In this document: positions 1 to 8,956 of the stretch, one piece after another
Position numbering within the stretch: position 1 is the stretch's first letter
Layout of the letters: every line of letters begins with the position of its first letter
Assembly (NCBI GenBank): GCA_041486815.1
Contig: JBGPMG010000002.1
Coordinates: 1-42,520, forward strand
Reading direction: 5' to 3'
DNA from: Candidatus Eiseniibacteriota bacterium
GTDB lineage: Bacteria; Eisenbacteria; RBG-16-71-46; SZUA-252
Length of the DNA: 42,520 bases
Made by a program: the position numbers and the translations under genes
The notes under the pieces: generated by a model
Told to the model about the DNA's origin: nothing
Databases searched by the model: none
Seen by the model: the letters and a program-made list of their open reading frames with translations, nothing else

Positions 1-910
1 CGATGTAGTCCTTGAAGCGTTCGTGCACCGGCGTGAAGAGATCGTGCACCACGCCCAGGACGCGATAGCAGTCGGCGTTGTCGCGCGTCAGGACCCGCAC
101 GCCGAGCAGATCGAAGATCTCCTCGAACAGGCGCCCCTGGGCCTTCATCTTTCGGTAAATCGAGTCGAGGTGCTTCGGGCGGCCAACGACGTCCGCCTTC
201 ATTCCCAGCGAGAGGAGCCGCTCGCGAACCGGCTGCATGACCGCGGCGACCAGACCCTCCCGCTCCTCCCGCTTCAAGGCGACCTTCTGGCGGATCTCCT
301 GATAGGCCTGCGGATCCATGTACTTGAGGGAGAGGTCCTCCAGCTCCCATTTGATCCGCCCGATGCCGAGTCTGTGGGCGAGCGGGGCGTAGATCTCCCG
401 CGTCTCCCGCGCGATCCTGTCCGCGCGCGGAGCGTCGAGCGCTTGGAGCGTGCGCATGTTGTGGAGCCTGTCGGCGAGCTTGATGAGGATGACGCGCAGG
501 TCGCGTGCCATGGAGAAGAGCATCTTTCGGAAGTTTTCAGCCTGCTCCCGCTCCGGACGGTCGAAATGGAGCCCGCTGATTTTCGACACGCCGTCGACCA
601 GAGCAGCGACCTCGGGTCCGAACGCGCGCTCAACGTCCTTCAGGTTGCGTTCCGTATCTTCTACGACGTCGTGGAGAATTGCCGCCTGAATGAGCGTCTC
701 GTCGGCCCCCGATCCCAGGAGATCGGCCAGGATTGTCGCGACCGCGACAGAGTGCGTGACGTACGGCTCGCCACTGAGCCGGACCTGGGATCCGTGGGCC
801 TTGGCAGCGAATTCGTAGGCGGCGCGGACGGTGTCCGGACCTACTGCGCGGCCGGTCCGGCGCAACCCTTCGAGGAGCGGTCCCAGGGGATCGTCGGGGA
901 CCAAATTCAT
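1..910 (-). CDS. rel: RelA/SpoT-family bifunctional (p)ppGpp synthetase/hydrolase, N-terminal ~303 codons only (3' end lies beyond the window start)
   Basis: Absent from the ORF track because no stop lies in the window. My reverse-strand translation from ATG 910-908 gives MNLVPDDPLGPLLEGL..GEPYVTHSVAVATILADL..AAILHDVVEDT..KLADRLHNMRTL..ETREIYAPLAHRLGI..GRPKHLDSIYRKM. This shows the HD-domain His-Asp signature and the start of the synthetase domain. The frame stays open to position 1. The start lies 2 nt after the recJ stop. Confidence 0.9.
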   Translation of the reverse strand, partial: MNLVPDDPLGPLLEGLRRTGRAVGPDTVRAAYEFAAKAHGSQVRLSGEPYVTHSVAVATILADLLGSGADETLIQAAILHDVVEDTERNLKDVERAFGPEVAALVDGVSKISGLHFDRPEREQAENFRKMLFSMARDLRVILIKLADRLHNMRTLQALDAPRADRIARETREIYAPLAHRLGIGRIKWELEDLSLKYMDPQAYQEIRQKVALKREEREGLVAAVMQPVRERLLSLGMKADVVGRPKHLDSIYRKMKAQGRLFEEIFDLLGVRVLTRDNADCYRVLGVVHDLFTPVHERFKDYI

Positions 911-912
911 GA

Positions 913-2706
913 CTACCGGATCTGGATGTCGCGCAGCTTGAGCTGGAGCCGCGCCCGGTTTTGCCAGACGTTGATCGTCGGGACGAACGCGATCGACACG
1001 CGGCCCGCCTCCGACTGGATGGGTCCTGCCAGGTGCCCCATCCCGAACCCGATGCAGTCGATGTCGCGGCCGTTTTGGCGCAGGCTCATCTTGAGGTGGT
1101 TCCGGCTCACGACCATGGGCGGCGACGCGAGGCGAACATCATCCGCCACGAAGAGCGGCTCGGCGTTTCCGATCCCGAACGGCGAGAGCCGGTCGAGAAA
1201 CTCCACCAGCTCCTCGTTGCAATCGTCGAGCGAGAGCGGCCCGTCGATCGAGAGCTTCGGAACGAAATCGTCGGGGTGGAGCTTGGCGGCGACCACGGCG
1301 CAGAGCGCCTCTCGGAACTTCTCCATGTGCTCCGCGCGGATTGTGAGGCCGGCCGCGTAGCTGTGCCCGCCGAATCCAATCAGGTACTCGCGGCATGCTT
1401 GAAGCGCCTGGCAGACGTCGAAGCCCGGTATGCTCCGTCCGGAGCCCTTCCCCTCGTCCTCGTCGGCCGCGATCAGAATGGTGGGCCGGTGAAACCGCTC
1501 CACGAGGCGCGACGCGACGATTCCCAGGACTCCGGGGTGCCAACGATCGGACCAGAGGACGATCGCGGGCGGAAGCTCGGGGCCCGCGCGGCGGAGCTGC
1601 TCGAGCGCGTCCTCGAGTGTCTGCTCGTCTATCTTCTTCCGGTTCGTGTTGTCCTCTTCGAGGCTCTCCGCGATGATCGCCGCCTCCTGCGGCTCGGTCG
1701 AGAGCAGGAGCCGCACGCCGCTCTCCGCGTTTCCGAGCCGGCCGGCGGCGTTGATGCGCGGCGCCAGGATGTAGGCGACGTGGCCGCTCTCCACACGGCG
1801 CGCCTTGAGGCCCGCGACCTCCTTGAGCGCGACGATGCCCGGCTTCGTCGAGGTGCAGATCTGATCCAGGCCGATCTTCGCAAAAATCCGATTTTCTCCA
1901 CGGAGCGGAACGACGTCCGCGATCGTTCCCAGGGCGACCAGATCCAGGTGCTCCTTCACGAACGATTCCGGCAACGCCCCCGGCCGCGAGGCGACGAGCC
2001 CCTGGACAAGCTTGAGCACGACGCCCACCCCGGAGAGCTCCTTGAATGCGTACGGGCAGTCTTTCCGCTTCGGGTTGAGAACCGCGCAGGCCACGGGTAT
2101 CCCCCCCAGCGGCTCGTGGTGGTCGGTGACGATGACTTCAATTCCGTGCTGTCGCGCGAGCTCCACCTCCGCGGTCGCGGTGATGCCGCAATCCCCCGTG
2201 ATCACGAGCTTCGTCCGCCGCTTTCGAGCGACGTCCACGCCCCGGACCGAGAACCCGTAACCGTCCCGGATTCGGTCGGGGATGAAGTAGGAGACCTTGG
2301 CCCCGAGACGCATCAGAGCCGACGTCAGAAGCGAGGTCGCGGTGATCCCGTCCACGTCGTAATCGCCATAAACGAGGATCGGCTCCCGCTCATCGACCGC
2401 CTTCCATACTCGAGCCACGGCCAAGTCCATGTCCCGCATCGTAAATGGATCCAACAGCTTGGCCAGCGATGGTTGAAGGAACTCCTGAACCTCGAGCGTC
2501 GTGCCGAAGCCCCGGTTGGCGAGCAGGGAGGCGAAGGCGACCGAGAAACCAAGCTCCACCGCAAGCCTTTGGGCAAGCTCTGGGGCGGCAGGGTTCCGCA
2601 GCACCCACGTCTTGGGCGTGGAGGCGCGCACAGGGAAGCCTTTCGTTGGAGACGCGTGGAACGGCGAGATTCCCTTAAGGCTAACACCTTGAAAAATCAG
2701 CGTCAA
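913..2706 (-). CDS. recJ: Single-stranded-DNA-specific exonuclease RecJ
   Basis: 597-aa ORF with DHH-family motifs (ILVYGDYDVDGITA, VITGDCG, IVTDHHEP) and a DHHA1-type GGHSYAAG region. The longest ORF starts at TTG 2706; GTG at 2631 is an alternative start. Confidence 0.93.
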   Translation of the reverse strand: MTLIFQGVSLKGISPFHASPTKGFPVRASTPKTWVLRNPAAPELAQRLAVELGFSVAFASLLANRGFGTTLEVQEFLQPSLAKLLDPFTMRDMDLAVARVWKAVDEREPILVYGDYDVDGITATSLLTSALMRLGAKVSYFIPDRIRDGYGFSVRGVDVARKRRTKLVITGDCGITATAEVELARQHGIEVIVTDHHEPLGGIPVACAVLNPKRKDCPYAFKELSGVGVVLKLVQGLVASRPGALPESFVKEHLDLVALGTIADVVPLRGENRIFAKIGLDQICTSTKPGIVALKEVAGLKARRVESGHVAYILAPRINAAGRLGNAESGVRLLLSTEPQEAAIIAESLEEDNTNRKKIDEQTLEDALEQLRRAGPELPPAIVLWSDRWHPGVLGIVASRLVERFHRPTILIAADEDEGKGSGRSIPGFDVCQALQACREYLIGFGGHSYAAGLTIRAEHMEKFREALCAVVAAKLHPDDFVPKLSIDGPLSLDDCNEELVEFLDRLSPFGIGNAEPLFVADDVRLASPPMVVSRNHLKMSLRQNGRDIDCIGFGMGHLAGPIQSEAGRVSIAFVPTINVWQNRARLQLKLRDIQIR

Positions 2707-2800
2707 GGCAGGACGGGCCGCGGTAGTGGTTCAGACTCACTACCCGGGCCGCTGTGGGGCGAATCCGCCGCTTGGAGGAGCTCCGCAGGGCGAGCGGGGT

Positions 2801-3292
2801 CTACGGCCGCTTGTAACCGATCTTCCGAATGAACTCCCGGCGAGCCCGCGCCTGGCTCTCGTCCTCCACGCCCAACGGCCGTTCGCCGTCCATCACGCCG
2901 AGGACAGCGCCCTGTGCGCCGTCACGCGCGACCACGACCTGGACCGGGTTCGCGGTGGCGCAGTGGATCGATACGACCTCGACGCAGGCGCGAACGTCGC
3001 GGAGCACGTTGATCGGAAACGCCTCCCGGAGGAAGAGTAGGAACGTGTGGCCGCACGCGATCTTCGCGAGCTCCAGCTCCGCCGCTTGCTTCAGCCCGTC
3101 GTCGTTCCCCTCGCTTCGGATCAGGCGCGGCCCCGACGCCTCCGCGAACGCCACCCCGAAGCGCGCGCCCGGGACGGAGTTGACCACCGCCTCGTAGAGA
3201 TCCTCGGCGGTCTTGATGAAGTGGGCGTGGCCGAGAATCAGATTCGCGTTCGCCGGCGTCTCGATCCGAATGAGCTCGATGGAAGGCGTCAT
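2801..3292 (-). CDS. Adenosine-specific kinase family protein (PF04008-like)
   Basis: 163-aa ORF. LILGHAHFIKTAEDLYEAVV..FGVAFAEASGPRLIRSEGND..GHTFLLFLREAFPINVLRDV..CATANPVQVVV..REFIRKIGYK matches my memory of this small conserved family over its whole length. Confidence 0.7.
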   Translation of the reverse strand: MTPSIELIRIETPANANLILGHAHFIKTAEDLYEAVVNSVPGARFGVAFAEASGPRLIRSEGNDDGLKQAAELELAKIACGHTFLLFLREAFPINVLRDVRACVEVVSIHCATANPVQVVVARDGAQGAVLGVMDGERPLGVEDESQARARREFIRKIGYKRP

Positions 3293-3311
3293 CGTCGTCG
3301 ATGCCCTCGCG

Positions 3312-4046
3312 TCAGATCAGGTATCCACCCGACACCGTCAACGCCGTGCCGGTGATGTAACCCGACTCCTCGGCCAGAAGGAACAGCGCCGCCCGCGCGA
3401 TCTCATTCGGCGTTCCGAGCCGTCGAGCCGGAATTTTCCGAGCGAGCGCTGCCGCGTGCCGCGCTGCCATCCCGGTGCGCATGATTCCGGGGAGGATGAC
3501 GTTCACCGTGATGCCGTGCGGCGCTTCTTCGTGAGCCACGCTCCTCGCGAGCGTGAGGAGCGCCGTCTTGGCGGCGCGATAGGCGTGCGCGCGCGGCGCG
3601 GATCGGACCGCGTCCGCACCGGCGACGCCGAAGAGCAAGATGCGACCGTAGCGCCGTCGGCGCATCCCCGGGAGCGCCTCGAGCATCGCGACCAGCGGGA
3701 CCGTGACGTTGGAATGGACGAGGGCTTCCCAGCGCGTGGAGGTGAGCCTGGCCACCGGCCCTTCCCAGTAATCCCCCGCCGCGACGACGAGGAGATCGGG
3801 CGCGGTCGCGCCGCGCCGCCCTGCCGCCTGTCGGAGGAGCGTGCGCGCCTTCGTTTGGCGCCCCGCGTCGCCGCGGGCCGTGCGGAGTGGGAGCCCCCGG
3901 GCCCGCGCGATCGCGCCGAGCTCGGCGAGCGCGTTCGCTTCCCGTCCCACGGCCAAAACAGAGGCGCCCGCGCGGGAGAGGGCCAGCGCCACCGCGCGGC
4001 CGAGTCCTCGCGACCCGCCGATTACGAGCGCGGATCGGCCCGTCAC
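3312..4046 (-). CDS. Short-chain dehydrogenase/reductase (SDR, FabG-like)
   Basis: Rossmann motif ALVIGGSRGLGRAVA, catalytic YRAAK and the C-terminal ITGTALTVSGGY typical of classical SDRs. The track ORF extends to 4352, but that extension is R/S-rich and overlaps the plus-strand gene at 4141. I place the start at GTG 4046 (VTGRSALVIGGS); TTG 4085 is the alternative. Confidence 0.8.
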   Translation of the reverse strand: MTGRSALVIGGSRGLGRAVALALSRAGASVLAVGREANALAELGAIARARGLPLRTARGDAGRQTKARTLLRQAAGRRGATAPDLLVVAAGDYWEGPVARLTSTRWEALVHSNVTVPLVAMLEALPGMRRRRYGRILLFGVAGADAVRSAPRAHAYRAAKTALLTLARSVAHEEAPHGITVNVILPGIMRTGMAARHAAALARKIPARRLGTPNEIARAALFLLAEESGYITGTALTVSGGYLI

Positions 4047-4140
4047 ACCTCCGGGATCCGGGGCGAAGCTTGAGCGGTCGGCCAAGTGTGTTACTATAGG
4101 CTGCTTCGACCGCAAGTCAATCGGACCCAAGGAACTCGCG

Positions 4141-4479
4141 ATGAACGACCAGCGCTGGGAAGAGGTGCTCCGCCGCCTCGACAAGCAATTCGGCGACCTC
4201 GAGTTCGACGAAGTCGAGGATGAGGAAACCCACGCGGTCACCGAGACCGTCGTCTGGTCGGGCCCACAGGGAAAGATGAAGCTCGCTCGCACGACGCGCC
4301 CCCTCGTCGTGGACAAGAAGACCCACTTCTCGAGCCGCATCGGCGGCGGCACCCACGTCGAATATATCTACTCCAAGACCGAGACCACGAGCCGGGTCCG
4401 ACTCTTCCGCTGGAACGAAGCCATCGCGGACTGGGAAGAGATCGACGCGGCGGAGCTCGGCGTTCCTTCCGCGCGCTAG
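4141..4479 (+). CDS. Hypothetical small acidic protein (112 aa)
   Basis: ATG 4141 lies inside the longer track ORF 3841-4479 and is preceded by AAGGAA at 4129-4134 (6-nt spacer). The product MNDQRWEEVLRRLDKQFGDLEFDEVEDEETH.. has normal protein-like composition, unlike the R/P/A-rich upstream part of the ORF. It ends 6 nt before glpX. Confidence 0.55.
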   Translation: MNDQRWEEVLRRLDKQFGDLEFDEVEDEETHAVTETVVWSGPQGKMKLARTTRPLVVDKKTHFSSRIGGGTHVEYIYSKTETTSRVRLFRWNEAIADWEEIDAAELGVPSAR

Positions 4480-4485
4480 GCCTCG

Positions 4486-5481
4486 ATGGATCGCCACGTC
4501 GGCCTTGATCTCGTCCGTATCACCGAATCCGCGGGCCTTGCCTGCGCCCGCTGGATGGGGCGAGGCGACAAGAACGCCGCCGACCAGGCCGCCGTCACCG
4601 CGATGCGAAAGGCCTTCGACAACGTCGACATCCGCGGGACGGTCGTGATCGGCGAGGGCGAGCGCGACGAGGCGCCGATGCTCTACATCGGCGAGCAGGT
4701 TGGATCCGGCTGGGGCCCCGAGGTCGATATCGCGCTCGATCCGCTGGAGTGCACAAATTCGGTCGCCTACGGCAGGCCCAACGCGATGTCGGTGATCGCC
4801 CTCGCTGCCCGCGGCCACTTCCTCCACGCGCCGGACACCTACATGGAAAAGATCGCGGTCGGTCCCAAAGCCAAGGACGCGATCGACCTGTCGCGCCCCA
4901 TCGAGGCGAACCTCGAGGCGGTCGCAGCGGCGAAGGGCTACCACCTCGACGATCTGACGGTCGTCGTGCTCGACCGTCCGAGGCACGAGGATCTGATCCA
5001 CCGCATCCGCCGCACCGGAGCGCGGATCCACTTGATCCCCGACGGCGACGTGTCGGCCGCGATCGCCACGGCCCTCGATTCGACCGGGGTCGACGTGCTC
5101 GTCGGGGTCGGCGGGGCGCCCGAAGGAGTCCTCGCCGCGGCGGCGCTCCGCTGCCTGGGCGGAGCCATCCAAGGGCGGCTTCTCTTTCAAAACGACGAGG
5201 AGCGCGCGCGGGCGAAGACGATGGGCGTCTCGGACTTCAACCGAATCTATTGCGAGACCGACCTGGCGAGAGGCGACTCGATCATCTTCGCCGCGACCGG
5301 CGTCACCGACGGAGACATGCTCGACGGCGTCCGCTTCTTTGGCGACGGCGCCGAGACGCATTCCATGGTCATGCGCGTGAAAAGCGGCACCGTCCGGACG
5401 ATCCAGACCCGCTACCGCAATTCACACGACTCCGAGGCCGTCCTGCCCGACCTTTCCCGTGCCACGTCCACCCGCGGCTGA
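4486..5481 (+). CDS. glpX: Class II fructose-1,6-bisphosphatase (GlpX type)
   Basis: 331 aa. The N-terminus LVRITESAGLACARWMGRGDKNAADQAAV, then VVIGEGERDEAPML, DPLECTN, LIPDGDV and GGAPEGVLAAAAL are GlpX hallmarks. Confidence 0.93.
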   Translation: MDRHVGLDLVRITESAGLACARWMGRGDKNAADQAAVTAMRKAFDNVDIRGTVVIGEGERDEAPMLYIGEQVGSGWGPEVDIALDPLECTNSVAYGRPNAMSVIALAARGHFLHAPDTYMEKIAVGPKAKDAIDLSRPIEANLEAVAAAKGYHLDDLTVVVLDRPRHEDLIHRIRRTGARIHLIPDGDVSAAIATALDSTGVDVLVGVGGAPEGVLAAAALRCLGGAIQGRLLFQNDEERARAKTMGVSDFNRIYCETDLARGDSIIFAATGVTDGDMLDGVRFFGDGAETHSMVMRVKSGTVRTIQTRYRNSHDSEAVLPDLSRATSTRG

Positions 5482-6223
5482 CCGGCCCCTCGACCTCCTC
5501 GCGATCGGAGCTCACCCCGACGACGTCGACATCAGCTGCGGCGGCACGCTCGCGCTAGCCGCGGCCCAAGGCTACGCGGCCGGCATCCTCGACCTCACGC
5601 GCGGCGAGATGGGCACCAACGGAACGCCGGAGATCCGAGCCGCGGAAGCCGCCGAGGCCGCGCGCCTCCTTGGAGCCGCCGGCCGCTGGAACGCGGGGCT
5701 CCCCGACGGAGGCATACGGTCGGGCGATCCGGACCAGGAGCGCCGGGTGGTGGAGTGGCTCAGGCGGCTTCGACCCGCGATCCTTCTGACCCATTTCCCT
5801 CAGGACCGCCACCCCGACCACGTTCAAGCTTCGCTCATCGCCGAGCGCGCCTCGTACTTCGCCGGCCTCGCCCGCTACAAGGCCGAGGGCGAGCCGTTCC
5901 GCCCTTCGGCTCGGTTCCACTTCGCTTCGCGCGTCGGGTTCCACCCCACGCTCGTCGTTGACGTCACGGAGATGTGGGAGAAGAAGCGGCAGGCGATGCT
6001 CGCGCACAAGAGCCAGGTGACGCAGGAGATCATCGGGGTGTCACCCACCCAACTCAACCAGCCCGATTTTCTCGAAAGGGTGGACGCAAGGATGCGGCAC
6101 TACGGAGGAATGATCGGGGTCCGCTACGGCGAGCCGTACTTTTCCGATGCTCCCATGGGAGCGCGATCCCTCGCCCCCATCTTCGGCGCCCCCCGCCCCG
6201 TCCCGGGAGCGTTTACGGGCTGA
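5459..6223 (+). CDS. bshB1: PIG-L/LmbE-family N-acetylglucosaminyl deacetylase, BshB1-like (bacillithiol biosynthesis)
   Basis: LLAIGAHPDDVDISCGGTL and ILDLTRGEMGTNGTPEIRAAEAAEAARLLG..DRHPDH match the LmbE zinc-deacetylase fold and the BshB1 subfamily pattern. GTG start at 5459 overlaps the glpX end by 23 nt. Confidence 0.75.
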   Translation: MPRPPAADRPLDLLAIGAHPDDVDISCGGTLALAAAQGYAAGILDLTRGEMGTNGTPEIRAAEAAEAARLLGAAGRWNAGLPDGGIRSGDPDQERRVVEWLRRLRPAILLTHFPQDRHPDHVQASLIAERASYFAGLARYKAEGEPFRPSARFHFASRVGFHPTLVVDVTEMWEKKRQAMLAHKSQVTQEIIGVSPTQLNQPDFLERVDARMRHYGGMIGVRYGEPYFSDAPMGARSLAPIFGAPRPVPGAFTG

Positions 6224-6313
6224 TCGGGCGTGAGCGTCCCACTGCAGCGCGTGGTGGCAACGCAGAGTCTAAGCTGCCACACTGGTTTGTGAATTCCCGC
6301 CGGGAGCTGAATC

Positions 6314-6949
6314 ATGCGCACCCCATTTGTGATCGTTGTCTTTCTTGGACTCGCAGTCTCGGGGTACGCGAGAACAGTACCCGCAGCCAACATCCCTACG
6401 AGTCCGCCCCTATCGCCCAACCGAGTGCCGAAGAGCGAGAAGCTCGGCTGCGTCCTCACCGTTGAGCCCATCAGCCAGGTATACAGAATTCCGGAGATCA
6501 CGGTCGCGCTCACTAACCTGACCGGCGCCGACATCTATCTTGTGGGGAGTCTTGATGCCTCGGACTTGCGGTTTCGATACCCTCACTGCTATTTCGAGGT
6601 GATTGGCCCCGACGGCAAGCCGGCATCCGACGATCTCAGTCTCTGCCCCAATGTGAACCCGCTGGAGCAGAGGGACTTCGTTCGAGTGCCGCCTGGTGGC
6701 ACGTTCGACCCATACCACCATGGGGCCGGCTACTTGTCCTTCACCGCGCGTCAGATCTCACCGTACACATTTCGGGCCCCTGGCAAGTACCGCATACGAT
6801 TCTTTTACTCGACCGCCAGCGAAGACATTGCCGAATGGGCAGGAGATGGGCGCCAGAAGTTGACCGAACTGCTGCGTCTCGTGCCGAAGGTGGAAGTGGC
6901 GAGCAACGAGGTCGTAGTCGACGTGGTCGGACCCAGCGAGCGGCGGTAG
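6314..6949 (+). CDS. Hypothetical secreted protein (211 aa), orphan with atypical composition
   Basis: Signal peptide MRTPFVIVVFLGLAVSGYA, with GGGAG about 8 nt upstream of the ATG. I recognise no family. Visibly more A/T, especially at third codon positions (ttt gtg atc gtt gtc ttt ctt), than the flanking genes. Confidence 0.6.
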   Translation: MRTPFVIVVFLGLAVSGYARTVPAANIPTSPPLSPNRVPKSEKLGCVLTVEPISQVYRIPEITVALTNLTGADIYLVGSLDASDLRFRYPHCYFEVIGPDGKPASDDLSLCPNVNPLEQRDFVRVPPGGTFDPYHHGAGYLSFTARQISPYTFRAPGKYRIRFFYSTASEDIAEWAGDGRQKLTELLRLVPKVEVASNEVVVDVVGPSERR

Positions 6950-6951
6950 AG

Positions 6952-6967
6952 GCGGTCCCGGGACCGC
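6952..6967. terminator. Perfect 16-bp GC-rich palindrome between convergent genes (possible bidirectional terminator or stabiliser hairpin)
   Basis: gcggtcccgggaccgc lies between the TAG of the 6314-6949 gene and the TAG (6967-6969) of the transketolase C-subunit gene. There is no U-tract on either side. Confidence 0.4.
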
Positions 6968-7974
6968 TACTTCGTTGATCGCTTGCGGCTGAGCGCGCGA
7001 TCGGCGGCGCGCACAATGTCCGGAGCTTTGATCCCGAACGCCGTCATCAACTCGTCCTGCTTCCCCGAGCGCCCGAACCGGTCGTGGACCGCGACCAGCT
7101 CCATCGGGACCGGGTGGAGCCGCACCACGGTTTCCGCGACGGCGCCGCCCAGCCCTCCGTGGATCTGGTGCTCTTCCGCGGTGACGATCGCGCCGCACTC
7201 CCGAGCCGCCCGCTCGATGGCCTCCATGTCGAGCGGCTTGATCGTGTGCATGTTGATCACCCGCGCGCTCACGCCCCGGCCCGCCAACTCCTCGGCCGCC
7301 ACGAGCGCCTCGTAGACCATCACCCCGCATGCGATCAGCGCGATGTCCTTCCCCTCCCGCATGACGTTCGCCTTGCCGATCGTGAACGGCGTGTCGGGGC
7401 CGGTCACGACGGGAACCGGCTCCCGGCCGAAGCGGATGTAATTGGGATGAGGATCGTCCGCCATCGCCACCGTCGCCTTCCGAGTCTCCCAGTAGTCGCA
7501 CGGAACGATGAGGCGCATGTTCGGGATCGAGCGGACGATCGCGATCTCCTCCATCGCCTGATGGGTCGCGCCGTCTGGACCAACGCTGATGCCGCCGTGC
7601 GCGCCTCCGATCTTCACCGGCAGGTCGGTGTAGGCGACCGTCACGCGCATCTGGTCGGCGCTCCGGCAAGAGGCGAACGCACCATACGTCGCGAGGTAAG
7701 GAATCTTACCCACCGCGGCGAGGCCAGCCGCGACGCACATCATGTTCTGCTCGGCTACGCCCACTTGTAAGAAGCGATCCGGAAACTTCTCGGCGAAGAA
7801 CGAGACGTTGGTCGATCCCGATAGATCACCGACCAGCACGAATACCTCGGGCCGTTTCTCTCCAAGATCGACGAGGCCGTGGCCGAAGCCTTCCCGCGTC
7901 CGCTTCATCTCGGGCTTCGCCAAGTTCACGGTCGGGGCGGGCGCGGGCGGGAGAACCGGGGCGGGCGAGCTCAT
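6967..7974 (-). CDS. Transketolase, C-terminal (pyrimidine-binding plus C-terminal domain) subunit
   Basis: 335 aa. FLQVGVAEQNMMCVAAGLA, GGISVGPDGATHQAMEEIA and PNYIRFGRE are seen. The ATG overlaps the stop of the upstream subunit gene (ATGA at 7971-7974). Confidence 0.92.
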   Translation of the reverse strand: MSSPAPVLPPAPAPTVNLAKPEMKRTREGFGHGLVDLGEKRPEVFVLVGDLSGSTNVSFFAEKFPDRFLQVGVAEQNMMCVAAGLAAVGKIPYLATYGAFASCRSADQMRVTVAYTDLPVKIGGAHGGISVGPDGATHQAMEEIAIVRSIPNMRLIVPCDYWETRKATVAMADDPHPNYIRFGREPVPVVTGPDTPFTIGKANVMREGKDIALIACGVMVYEALVAAEELAGRGVSARVINMHTIKPLDMEAIERAARECGAIVTAEEHQIHGGLGGAVAETVVRLHPVPMELVAVHDRFGRSGKQDELMTAFGIKAPDIVRAADRALSRKRSTK

Positions 7975-8873
7975 GCACTCCCGTTCGCCGACGGGGCAAC
8001 GGCCCGGGCTTTGTGGGATTCAAGCCGACGAGTCCACGCTTCGAGCGACGTACCGAGCTCCTTGAGCGCCTGGTCGGCCTGTTCGGCATTCGGCGGCACG
8101 CCGTGCCACCGGTAGTCGTCCTCCATGTAGGAAACCCCTTTCCCCATCACGGTGCGGGCCAGGATCACCGAGGGCTTCCCTTTCGTTCGGCGCGCCTCTT
8201 CGAACGCCTCGAGGAGGTGCGGAATGCTGTGTCCATCGACGTCGATCACATGCCAGTTGAAGGCGCGCCACTTGTCCGCGAGCGGGGCGATCCCCATGAC
8301 GTCCTGGACGTCGCCGTCGATCTGCTTTCGGTTGTAGTCGATGATCCCGACGAGGTTATCCAGCTTGTAGTGGGCCGCGAACATCGCCGCCTCCCAGATC
8401 TGCCCTTCCTGCTGCTCGCCGTCTCCCATGACGCAATAGACCCGACGTGGACTCCCATCGAACCGCGAACCGTACGCCATGCCGCACGAGACCGAGAGCC
8501 CCTGGCCGAGGGAGCCGGATGAGACCTCGATGCCGGGGGTGTCGTGCTTGCTTGGGTGCCCCTGGAGGTGCCCGTGGAACTGGCGGAATCCGAGGAGGTC
8601 GGCGAGTGGAAAGTAGCCGCGCTCGGCCATCAGCGAATAGATGACCGGCGTCACGTGGCCGATCGAGAAGTGCCAGAGATCCCGGCCGGGGTCGTCGAGG
8701 CGTTCCGGGCTGATGCTCGCCTCGTGGAAGAAGAGGACCGTTCCGAAGTCCGTCGAGGAGAGCGGCCCTCCACTGTGCCCGCTCTGGGCGCGCGCCAGGA
8801 GCGCGATAATGTCCCGCCGAACGAAGAGCGCCCGCTCGCGGAGCTCATCCAAACTGAACTGAAGCCGTGGCAA
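7971..8873 (-). CDS. Transketolase, N-terminal (thiamine-diphosphate-binding) subunit
   Basis: 300 aa. SGHSGGPLS, GSLGQGLSVSCGMA, the ThDP motif CVMGDGEQQEGQIWEA and IIDYNRKQIDG are seen. TTG start at 8873. Confidence 0.92.
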   Translation of the reverse strand: MPRLQFSLDELRERALFVRRDIIALLARAQSGHSGGPLSSTDFGTVLFFHEASISPERLDDPGRDLWHFSIGHVTPVIYSLMAERGYFPLADLLGFRQFHGHLQGHPSKHDTPGIEVSSGSLGQGLSVSCGMAYGSRFDGSPRRVYCVMGDGEQQEGQIWEAAMFAAHYKLDNLVGIIDYNRKQIDGDVQDVMGIAPLADKWRAFNWHVIDVDGHSIPHLLEAFEEARRTKGKPSVILARTVMGKGVSYMEDDYRWHGVPPNAEQADQALKELGTSLEAWTRRLESHKARAVAPSANGSA

Positions 8874-8956
8874 CGGTTTCCTCCCCTGTCCCAGCCGAAC
8901 CGATCAGCCTTTTGACGCTACCGAATCGCCCTCGGAAGGCGCAAGCGAAATCCCGG

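Noticed and set aside
2715-2750. Imperfect hairpin (ggtagtg-N9-cactacc with flanking GC pairs) between the adenosine-kinase-family gene and recJ, considered as a terminator
   Set aside because: The stem is short and interrupted. The only T-run downstream lies inside the recJ 5' region. The evidence is too weak to call.
23-2832. Long plus-strand ORFs 23-1360 (445 aa) and 961-2832 (623 aa)
   Set aside because: They are antisense to the clearly recognisable rel/spoT and recJ frames. The products are R/D/E/H/P-rich with no motifs, the typical shadow-ORF pattern in GC-rich DNA.
4047-4352. N-terminal ~100-aa extension of the SDR ORF (track start 4352)
   Set aside because: The extension is S/R/T-rich and precedes the Rossmann motif by far more than in SDRs. 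It also overlaps the better-supported plus-strand gene at 4141-4479. The start was moved to GTG 4046 (or TTG 4085).
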